Source: Bugula neritina (lineage: Eukaryota; Animalia; Bryozoa). From it: a DNA stretch of 64,000 bases. The stretch is from assembly GCA_964035545.1 (NCBI GenBank), contig OZ037773.1:10197751-10261750 (forward strand), given 5' to 3'. Position 1 is the stretch's first letter, and each line of letters starts with the position of its first letter. The notes beneath the pieces are model-generated. The model worked only from the letters and a program-made list of their open reading frames with translations. It made no database searches and had not been told where the DNA came from. The position numbers and the translations under genes were made by a program. Below are positions 39,648-64,000 of this stretch, one piece after another.

Positions 39648-40784
39648 CTGAAACCAAGCAATGCAGTCTCTGATATTTAGACCTCAACTCAACCATGTTT
39701 CACTGGATTACAGGCACCACTTTATAAGAATTTGGATCGCTGAGAAAAGTAAGACTGACTAAAAATTTTAAACTAGCAAAACGCATAACAAATTTCTATA
39801 TTAGAACACATGCAGCAAATCTACAAGAAAGGGGAAACTCTTCAGTTTATGAATAAACAAGTGGGTAGCTCAAAAATAGTGTGCATCAAGAGCAATTGGT
39901 GAGAAAAATCTACAACTCGTTAGTTTTAACCCACAGTCTCGTCAAAATACAAAAATTAATTAGACCTTGACTTGACTAATTCTTGCTTGTTTTTTTATAC
40001 AAATCAATTTATCAAATCTTTGCCTAGTATAGCGCACGTAATTATTGTGCTATGGCCTTTTTCTAAGACATACATTTTGTAAATATTAAATGATGTTTTT
40101 ATGTAAAATTAAAAGATTTAGTCAAAGCGTATAACTATATTATCAACATAGTGTAGATGGGGGGAGCTTAGATATAACTACAACATTTAACAGCATTCAA
40201 AAAGTTACGCCAAGTCAATTAATTGTTTAGTTATATGTAATGTACATGTAACTTTTATAAAACCTTTGAGTTATGCAAAGTAGCATGACGTGCTTTAAAA
40301 GCATGCAGCAACTTTGTTTCTAAAACTGAGTAACTTTCAAACATGGATTGCATTACATTTAAGATACCCTGTCTTCAGTTGTTTATACATACCAACCCAC
40401 CCAAAAGCTGTTTCTAATTACAAGCAAACAATCTCATAATAATATATTTTGCTGCTTATGGCTCTGAGGTATGTAACTTGGCAGACAGCATATTAAACTA
40501 TTGAAAGTTTGCCAAGGTACTCATGCGTTATATTTCAACAACCACTAGGGGAAGGAGCATTTTCAAGTATATATATAATAATGTTCTTTAGGCACATTGA
40601 TTTTATAAAAATGTACTTGTGTTTGTGTTGTGAAGTCTACATGTAAGCCTATATTATGTAAGTAAAAGCTAAGACTACATATATATTAACTATTTCTAAT
40701 GATATACTTACTATGTGCTGACTTATTCAGTATTTATAATACAGCATGATATTGATGATAAAACAATTTTTTATAGTCACCATC

Positions 40785-40928
40785 CCTGTGAGAAAACCCC
40801 TGATGGAAGGGTTTTTTAGTTAATCAGCTAAGGAGCAATTATGACTGGATGTTTCTCCAAAAAATTGGTTCGAATCCATGATTACATGCTTATTAAGCCA
40901 TGCGCTCTAACCCCTAGACCGCTGCTTC
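40785..40928 (-). mobile_element. Degenerate tRNA-derived SINE relic
   Basis: Minus strand gcggtctaggggttagagcgc (A-box-like) ... tcatggattcgaacc (B-box-like); resembles 46696-46775. Confidence 0.45.
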
Positions 40929-41039
40929 TTGATGATACAGTTAAACTGATATAAAGAGTGTATATGTTATAATAAAACACTTGACTATAATTACTAATTG
41001 CTGTGACAGCTGCCTACCCGTTTAACCTTCTCATTCAAT

Positions 41040-41075
41040 TATATATATATATGTATATGTATATATATATATATG

Positions 41076-41134
<59 letters not shown>

Positions 41135-41406
41135 GCGTGTGCGTGTGCGTGTGCGTGTGCGTGTGCGTGTGCGTGTGCGTGTGCGTGTGCGTGTGCGTGT
41201 GCGTGTGCGTGCGCGTGCGCGTGCGCGTGCGCGTGCGCGTGCGCGTGCGCGTGCGCGTGCGCGTGCGCGTGCGCGTGCGCGTGCGCGTGCGCGTGCGCGT
41301 GCGTGTGCGTGTGCGTGTGCGTGTGCGTGTGCGTGTGCGTGTGCGTGTGCGTGTGCGTGTGCGTGTGCGTGTGCGTGTGCGTGTGCGTGTGCGTGTGCGT
41401 GTGCGT

Positions 41407-41440
<34 letters not shown>

Positions 41441-41449
41441 ATACATATA
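41040..41449. repeat. Nested alternating purine-pyrimidine tract TA-TG-TGCGTG-CGCGTG-TGCGTG-TG-TA
   Basis: Direct observation, ~410 bp. Confidence 0.95.
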
Positions 41450-41805
41450 AGTTTAATTCTACATAATCTAATATAATTTGTGTCAGAGCAGCCTGGTAAT
41501 ATTACAGCAAATTGTTGCCTTATACCTAACCTGATATGAAATCAAGTGTTAAAACTTTAGTGCATCTGTTCTGAAAGAGGAACCTGTTTCATCCAGGGTA
41601 TATCGTGTGTCGTTTGTTATTCCATGACTAATTTAAGTATTTTCTGGAAAATTTTTAAATCCCTTATAGCAGTGGGTATAAAATCAGTGACAATAATTGT
41701 AAAGTGGATTCTTTCACTAGAACTGTTACTGGCAGCAACAAACTAGAAAGATTAAACTGCCAGGACCAAACAGATTGAAAACAAATTCACTTGTTATAAC
41801 AAGAC

Positions 41806-50885
<9,080 letters not shown>

Positions 50886-52694
50886 ATGCACATTATTTTG
50901 AACTTTTTCATGACTCAATTGAATGAAACCCAATAGCCATAGTTTCATCACTATAGACCACAAGCTGATAGATTAGATTTGCCATTCCAGGTGGCTGGCA
51001 GCACCAACTATGAGTATATATTGTGGTTCAATTCATTGTCAAGTAATTCTATTTTTTATAGCAGTCACTTGTACCACAATATAACATTTCATGCCCATAA
51101 CATTCGTGACTCTATTATGCTTTCATAATTACATATGCTCTTTTGGTAAGAAAATTATTCATTAGCTGCTTTTCTGTGTACCCAAGATTAAAGTATGCAT
51201 GTACTTTTGGTAAACTTCTCGAAATTGAAATTTTTATATAATTGATATCTGTGCTTTTGTTTTTTATTCTTTATAATAGTTATACTGCTAGCAATTAGTA
51301 AATATATTACTATAATTATACAACTCATAAAGTATTATGTCTTATAATATAAATATTTGTAATTGCGGCATAAATGACTATATATTGAATCTATGTTCTG
51401 AAATCACAAGATGTATTTACTAGAAGTATTGCTAAAAACCTCTAATATTTTATATGAAAGAGAGGGGAGGGGTGCTTCTAACATGTGGTTATTTGCATTT
51501 GGTTATACCACTAAGTCAGTATATATATAAGTATTGAAATAGAAAGCTGCCCACTACGATAGTTTGGGTGAAGAAGAATAAATATGGTCCTGCAGACGAA
51601 TACTATTAAATTACTACTGACTGCCATGCTGTTAGTAAGAGAGAATATTCTGTATCTACAATCATTGCCAGCAGACTGTTACTCCGGTAGCAAACTCTTC
51701 TAACTCCAAGCAATTAGCATGCAACTTATGTCACTAACAAATGAACAACTTTTGCAATACACCAACTTTTCTTGCAAAATTGAAGAAATATATCAGATGA
51801 GCTAGAGTCTAGACAGTTATATATCTACCATACAAAACATAATATAATTATAAACTCATATTCTTAACAATACCTTATGATGCAACAGCTTATAATTAAA
51901 GCCCAATAGATATTAGAATTTGGCATTTTATAGCAAAGCAGCCAAGTAGCTGAGTTCTAGATTTGAAGACTGAGAACCTAATGCAATCTTGAAGTAACCT
52001 CTGCAAATAGCACCATATTTTCAACAAGAGAACAACTGATGTTAGGGGTGCTGCTGACCCCCACCTTAGACTTGGTTGCTATAAACTGCAGACTAATTTT
52101 ATGACTTGCCAAGTGAAACTTCCACTAGGAATTGTTTTTGGCACTTTTCACATGAGTAAACTCTCATTTCTGTACAGATTCTTGACAAATAACAAGGATA
52201 TTTCCTTCTAGACCAATGAACATGATGAACCGCCATGACTTGAATACAATTCTAGCGATACGATCAGGTACACGTTGACCTTTGCTCTTACTGCTGTGAA
52301 ATGGAATTGCTGAAGCAGATAGCCTCAGTTCTAAAGGAGATTACAGCCTCTGTAGAGACTGAGTTATACCATTATATATCATATGTAACAGATAAGGTAT
52401 CAATAGTCTATTTAGTTTGCATGTTTATTTCTCTAGTGTTATACAGAGTGAGAAGAGAACAGCAACAAGTTCAGTTTAATTGTATGCAGGTGCTGTACAA
52501 CAATACAATGTACAATAAAAGTTATAATAAGGTTATGAAAAGGTCAAGCTAAGCTAAGCTATGCCAGTCTACAGAGCTGTTACGATCCTTTAGAGTTGTT
52601 CTCCCTTTCAGTCATAGAAACTTATAGTGAAATACTCATACTAATAGTCAACACCCTAGAACTGAGCTGCTATGGGAGACGGGCAGGAAGTGAA

Positions 52695-55600
52695 CTAGTT
52701 CTTTGCCTTCTTTTTCCGAGGAGGTTTGTATTCCTGGTCCGACACTTCCTCTATAGTCGTCTCCTCGATGTAATTCTCAACTGAGTGGGAGCCTGAGTAT
52801 TCGTTAGAGTCTACCAGCTGCTCCAGCGCCATGACTACAACATAGGTCATGTGACTACAACACAGGTCATGTGACTACAACACAGGTCATGTGACTACAA
52901 CACAGGTCATGTGACTACAACACGGGTCATGTGACTACAACACAGGTCATGTGACTACAGCACGGGTCATGTGACTACAACACAGGTCATGTGACTACAA
53001 CAGAGGTCATGTGACTACAACATAAGTCATGGTGACAACTGAAACAGCATGATATGAATTGATTGTGGAATGACTTGATGCTAGACAATGTCAGAAAGCA
53101 TGGTGAGTATTACTGTTAGATTGCACTAAATGAGTAGAGAAAATAGAACACACAACTCCCAGTCACATGACTTGGTTGTAAGGGAGATTAGTATCTTGTC
53201 TCAAGGTTAATAGCAAGAGGAACATGTAAGTGAAGGCAGTGTGAATGCCTCTAAGGCAATAAGGGCTGCTGTATTTCACAGATTAAGAGTAATCCTTCCT
53301 TGTGTGAGGGGAGATAACTCTGACAATCGGCATCTACATAATATTCTAATTTCTAATCATATCTACAGTAATAGACTGAGAACTTACTCCCCATAGCCTG
53401 TATATCTACAGTAATAGACTGAGAACTTACTCCTCATAGCCTGTATATCTACAGTAATAGACTGAGCACTTACTCCCCATAGCCTGTATATCTACAGTAA
53501 TAGACTGAGAACTTACTCTGCTCCTCTAGATCTTTGTTCTCGGATCTGAGCTCGTCTATGGCCACCTTGTGACGCCCCGACTTGCCTTTCATGTTACTGA
53601 TGTAGTCCGTAGCGTTCTTCAGTATTTGAGCTCTTGATGCCTGTGAGAGAGTGATATACTGTAGAGTTATATACTGTAGAGTGATATGTACTGTAGAGTG
53701 ATATACTGTAGAGTGATATACTGTAGAGTGATATACTGTAGAGTGATATACTGTAGAGTGATATGTACTGTAGAGTGATATACTGTAGAGTGATATACTG
53801 ATATACATCAAAGTCACAGTAAATAGCCTAAGGATTAAGCAAGTTAGACTGAGGTTAACCTTCTCTCCTTGGGTGCCTGGAATGACGTCCCTCAAACCAT
53901 TGAAACTTTCTTTAATATGATCTCTCCTTTTCCTCTCTAAAGCGTTGTGATGAGCTCTTTTATCTGCCTGTACAAGTACAGAAACCAAATGAATTAGAAA
54001 CTCTATTTCAAAATAATAATTAAATTAAAAGCTAAATAATATATAAATTTGATTTAAATACAGGACATATTATTCATTAGTTTGCTCTATCAAATGAATT
54101 TATTGATTATTGTGAAATGATGGATTTAATGCACACAAGACAGTTGATAGAATGAAGAGTAGAAGGAATCTACTGAATGAACTTACTGGGTTAGCAAACT
54201 GAACTTCTGTAGACTGCCCATCTTCATCCTGCAAAGTTGAGAAAATACTGTGAGGATAGCATGTGGTACTAGATGTGCTGTAGAGTAGGTTTAGTCTAGT
54301 ATATAATGCTGCTACTAAGTACTATGCTGCTACTAAGTACTATGCTGCTACTAAGTACTATGCTGCTACTAAGTACTATGCTGCTACTAAGTACTATGCT
54401 GCTACTAAGTACTATGCTGCTACTAAGTACTATGCTGCTACTAAGGACTATGCTGCTACTAAGTACTATGCTGCTACTAAGTACTATGCTGCTACTAAGT
54501 ACTATGCTGCTACTAAGTACTATGCTGCTACTAAGTACTATGCTGCTACTAAGTACTATGCTGCTACTAAGTACTATGCTGCTACTAAGTACTATGCTGC
54601 TACTAAGGGCTATGCTGCTACTAAGGGCTATGCTGCTACTAAGTACTATGCTGCTATTAAGGGCTATGCTGCTACTAAGTACTATGCTGCTACTAAGGGC
54701 TATGTTGCTACTAAGGGCTATGCTGCTACTAAGTACTATGCTGCTACTAAGTACTATGCTGCTACAGTGTCTGATTAAATAGTCAGTCAGAATTCACCTT
54801 GCTTATTAACTAATTCTAGAAAACACAAAACCTTGATATCTTTATTTGAGTGAAAAAAAACACAAGCCAAACTGTCTCCAAATTAGCTGTTGAATTAGAA
54901 AACACATTGTTTGCTGTTGCCTACGACACGGCTAAGCTGATATACCATGATACAGAGACGGAGTATACTTTAAGTGTAACGTAAATGTAATATTCCAATA
55001 TCTAAGCAGGAATACGCTAGGCTATAAACAAGAAATTTCTAATACATTAGATTTACCAGAAGTAAAAAATGCTTTATAATAACTTCACATACTAACTCAT
55101 GGACAATGTTTGCCGATAATAACAATAAAAACTGGGACAACGTGGTAACTGTTACCAGGGAGTAATATTCAAGTGATAGTTAATTTAAAATTCCAACTGA
55201 ACTCAATGACAATGTCCATAAATCATAGCCATAATCTGATTATCATAATGATCATGTGTAATCATAATGATTATAATAATGGTTATTCACTTATTGCCAT
55301 TATCATTATGAATATAATTCTATCACAATGATGATGATTACAAGAAAGAAAATTCAAGGCCAATCACCCCAATGAACTATGAAATATGCCTATAGTAATA
55401 GAATTACTACTAATATTAATATTACTATTAGTTATGCTAATAAGACTAAACTGCTATTAGTATTATTAATAGACAATTTTACATATTATACTAATAGTAA
55501 TACTAAGTTATTATACTTATAGTTATACTACTACTAGTACTAGTAATAGTTAGTATAATAGTATACTAAAACTAATGTAATTGTAATAGACAAAAGTAAT

Positions 55601-55708
55601 AGTAATACTAATAATATTACTATTAGTATTAGTATTACTATTACTATTAGTATTAGTAATTTTACTTACACTTTCAACATCTATGAATTCCTTGTCTTCA
55701 TCGCTCAT
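52695..55708 (-). CDS. MAX: Protein Max (Myc-associated factor X), bHLH-LZ, ~150 aa, 5 exons
   Basis: Exons 55708-55670 (MSDEDKEFIDVES), 54228-54187, 53967-53860 (ADKRAHHNALERKRRDHIKESF), 53640-53517 (ASRAQILKNATDYI...LEEQ), 52834-52695 (IMALEQ...PPRKKKAKN*). Max signature sequence and basic C-terminal NLS. Confidence 0.96.
52831..53030. repeat. 20-bp minisatellite copying the Max last-exon acceptor
   Basis: Minus-strand unit gacctgtgttgtAG|tcacat, 10 copies including the true acceptor. Confidence 0.93.
53360..53519. repeat. 43-bp minisatellite copying the Max exon 4 donor
   Basis: Four ga|GTAAGT donors on the minus strand, 43 nt apart (GT at 53516, 53473, 53430, 53387). Confidence 0.9.
53648..53805. 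repeat. 15-17-bp minisatellite beside the Max exon 4 acceptor
   Basis: Minus-strand unit tatcactctacagta(ta) resembles the true acceptor tatcactctctcacag. Confidence 0.88.
54306..54765. repeat. 18-bp minisatellite (atgctgctactaagtact), ~25 copies, Max intron 1
   Basis: Direct observation; source of the spurious MLLLST ORF. Confidence 0.95.
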
Positions 55709-56262
55709 ACTTGTGAGCTGCAACAGTGAGACTAAGTCAAACTCAAAGTGATAAGTCCAACTCCAAACCAAAGATTACGGAAGATCAAAATGAATTTAAG
55801 TTTCCAATATCAATAGGACAACACCTCTATCATTTATGCTAGGATTAAAATATCAAAAATAATTTCAGCATAAACGTCAAATTTATGCTGTAAGCAAAGC
55901 TAACGCATATGTGAAGAACTTTTAATAATAAAATAAAAAATTAAAATATAGTATTTCTCGAGATTCACGCTCACATCGAGTCGTCTAACTGGGAGTTTCT
56001 GAAACTGCCTGGCCCAAACACGCGTACCGAAACATGTGACGCTTCGTTAGTAAAAAGACAACGCGACAGAACTTACTTTATTGATTAGCGCATTGTATGT
56101 TGTCTATGGAAATATGGGTCAAGGTGAAAGCCAATCAAGTCTATCCTATAAGTTATTTGCGGCGCGGCCTTTGGCGCGTGCTATTAAAAATCCAATAGAT
56201 AATCTTCGCCACCTGCTAATGTTTTGATGGTCGGCATACTCATTTGCTTTTAGGGAATCGCC
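55709..56262. promoter_or_regulatory. Bidirectional promoter / 5' UTR region shared by Max and DHFR
   Basis: Divergent ATGs ~555 bp apart; local CpG enrichment; E2F-like TTTGGCGCG 56170-56178; CCAAT boxes near 56131 and 56192; non-canonical E-boxes CACGCG 56019-56024, CATGTG 56033-56038, CGCGTG 56175-56180. Confidence 0.65.
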
Positions 56263-61568
<5,306 letters not shown>

Positions 61569-62261
61569 AATGGTTAGTCTGTATATTGTATGATTCTGAG
61601 TTATCCTCCCTCTCCTGTATCCTGTGATGTACCTGTATGTATGTTCTAGGGGGGAGGGGTCTATATATGTATATATTCTGAGCTATATCTCTACTGGTGT
61701 CATATAACCTTCAAATAATAGAACTTTTCAATAACGTAGAAAAAAGGGTCATTTTGTATTTTCTGTAGCTTCAAAGAACAAACTTTGTCTGGTTTTCCAT
61801 TTATAATAGTATTTTTAAAAGTTGAAGGCAGATAAATATTTTGGTTTATATATATAAGGTAGAAAGCAAGGCATTTCAGTACAAAATAGAGCCTCAAAGT
61901 TAATATTTAGCAGATCAAAATAATAAACACTCTTTGGAAAAGTTTGATTGAATCTAATTTGATATGAAAATATATTACAAAGTGTTACTGCATGACGATT
62001 GGTCAGTTTTAACTAATAGAAATAGTTTTCTCATCTCCCTGCAAATGAGATTGTACTAAAGCAAAAATATGTACATTAAAAGTACTTGAAATAATATAAT
62101 TTAGCATTTGCCAATAATATCATCTGATGGTTAATACGATAATTATCTGGTTATGCAGTTTGCTGGTAGTTCCAGTTGTTCTCAGTCATGTTGGTTATTG
62201 TAGCATGCGTTTAATTGGTCAGTTTTCTGTCTTCTACTCTCTGATTAGTCGAAGGTGGTGA

Positions 62262-64000
62262 CTACCTTTCTATCTGAGACCTCATTCTGTTGACTCTCTC
62301 TAAATCCTCATCAAAGTTGAGCATCTTGTTGGCCACCTGCGCTTCTCGGTACATGTTGAATGACCTTGTTATGGCCTTGAGGGCGTTTTCTCTCCGAGCT
62401 AAAAGACAGAGTTTATGTTGTGTTCAGGTTTTACACAAAGTGTGTAATAATTTGTTCTGATTAAATTTTGAAAGTCTTAAAGACATTAGAAAAATTAAGA
62501 CTGGTTCCGTCAAGCAAGAAAGTAGAAACATCCCCAGTTGGCAGAAGACATTGAAACCACTAGTAAAAGTGTTGTGTAATAAACTACTCGGTGTGATGTC
62601 ATAGATACTTACATAGTTTAATGCAACATTCGGCAATATTCTCGTAGATGTTGGCTTTGTCTTTGGCTCTTTCCGCCTTGGAGAGCAGCTCTGACCAATG
62701 AGAGAGCGCCTCGTCGTAAACACCTCGTCTCATTTGACTGTGAGCCATGATTAGGTGGACCGTAGTGTACCTGTAGAGACATGTCATATTACTTGCATAC
62801 ACTAGCACCTGCTATGTCGTGTCACTACGTTATCTGGTAGGCCTATGTACTCAGTATTTTATTTCAATTTAACCATAATTTAGAGATCAATTCTTGTTTC
62901 AAAATCCTCAAATCTTGGGTGGTTTTTGTTGACCTAAACTATGCACAGATTTTACTTTAACATAAATTGATATCAAAATTTAATTTGTAATCCAAATTTA
63001 TAAAAAAATTGCAAAATGATTATTGAAATTAATATTCAAGATATATTTTACTTTGGCATAATTTAATCCAAAAATTTAATTAATTCCATCAACTTATAAA
63101 TTAATGTAAAATGAATAAAATTAATTTCCTTTTACCTTTCATTCGGGATCACGCCATCTTCGAGAAGCTCCATGCACACTTCGGTGAAGTCTGCAGGAAA
63201 AGGTTCTCCAATGAACGTGATATCTGACCTGTTCTCTAGATACTTGTATATAGCCTTGCAGCACTGTGGGTATCGTCTGTTCTGGAAGTTTGTTAGGGCC
63301 ACCACAAACTCGTCATCATCTGACATCAATTCTGCAATATGATTGGTTATCTTTTGTTAGAATGAGAATGATTGGTTAGTCAGGTCTTGTAAAACTATGC
63401 ATTATTGGTTAGGTAGTTATATTTTGTTAGATTAATATTGATTAGTTGCTAGTTTTGTTGGGTGGATCGTTGGATTAATAATACATTTCTCTGTAACAGT
63501 TGCGCTAATTGATGTTTCCTCAACCTGGTCACTATCACAACTCACCCATAGACTGAAGACCTTTCTTCAAGTTCCCTGTAGTCGTATCTGCCCCAAACAC
63601 TTGCTGAGCCAGAGTGGATACGAATGGTACCACCACCTGGAGGACTTTGATGTAGGCAGCTGGGAGAGAAATAACAACCTCAAAATTAATTCAAAGAGTT
63701 TTTGTTAAATATAGCTCTCTGAAAAAGATTATATGGACCCTTTTAATACGTAGAGTACTTCACTTTTCGCCATAGCTTCGTAACCTCAAAACTAACAAGT
63801 TTACTTCTCACTCTCTTTTACAAAAAAATTCGTAAACTTTAAAAATCTCCACTCCTTTAATCACCAAACATTATGGAACTCAGTTCAGAGGAAACCACTT
63901 TTAGGCTGCAACTAAACTGCTGAGCAAGACTGAGAGTGCAGTGTATGTCCACTTCAACTACTCACCTTCATAGTCTTTGCTGCTAATGGTGAACGCTGCC
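62262..64000 (-). CDS. 3' part of an alpha-helical, TPR-like protein of unknown identity (partial)
   Basis: Phase-consistent exons 64000-63966 (partial), 63659-63546, 63331-63136, 62770-62613 (VHLIMAHSQMRRGVYDEALSHWSELL...KANIYENIAECCIKL, TPR-like), 62398-62262 (RENALKAITRSF...QIER*). Confidence 0.75.

Noticed and set aside
41003-41476. Poly-CV/CA/RV/HA ORFs (likewise HT and YI ORFs near 9.8, 12.9, 18, 48 and 61 kb, and MLLLST at 54.3 kb)
   Set aside because: Microsatellite or minisatellite translations.

Overview
AT-rich, intron-rich animal (invertebrate-type) genomic DNA, not prokaryotic, so the ORF track is mostly fragments or noise. I rebuilt spliced gene models by hand from splice sites, phase continuity and paralog alignment. 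In order: (1) the 3' end of a His/Ser/Gly/Pro tandem-repeat protein (frame +1, not the frame in the ORF track); (2) two tandem 14-exon paralogs encoding secreted proteins with a signal peptide, a PAN/Apple-like module, a small Cys-rich module and THREE CTHRC1-type C-terminal domains but no collagen, plus an inverted pseudo-exon of a third copy; (3) four 4-exon LRAT/PLAAT-like (permuted NlpC/P60, H-box/NC) genes, three with a long hydrophobic glycine-zipper tail and one truncated; (4) Max (minus strand) head-to-head with (5) an 11-exon gene encoding two DHFR domains in tandem, one canonical and one divergent; (6) the 3' part of a TPR-like gene (minus). Mobile DNA includes two near-identical inverted copies of a 1.7-kb non-autonomous hAT element with 8-bp TSDs, two MITEs, a deleted Gypsy remnant, tRNA-derived SINE relics and a perfect 202-bp palindrome. 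A window-wide pattern is that many intronic minisatellites are tandem copies of the adjacent exon-intron junction, giving arrays of decoy splice sites. All domain calls are by eye from remembered family motifs; no database search was run, so novelty is unverified.
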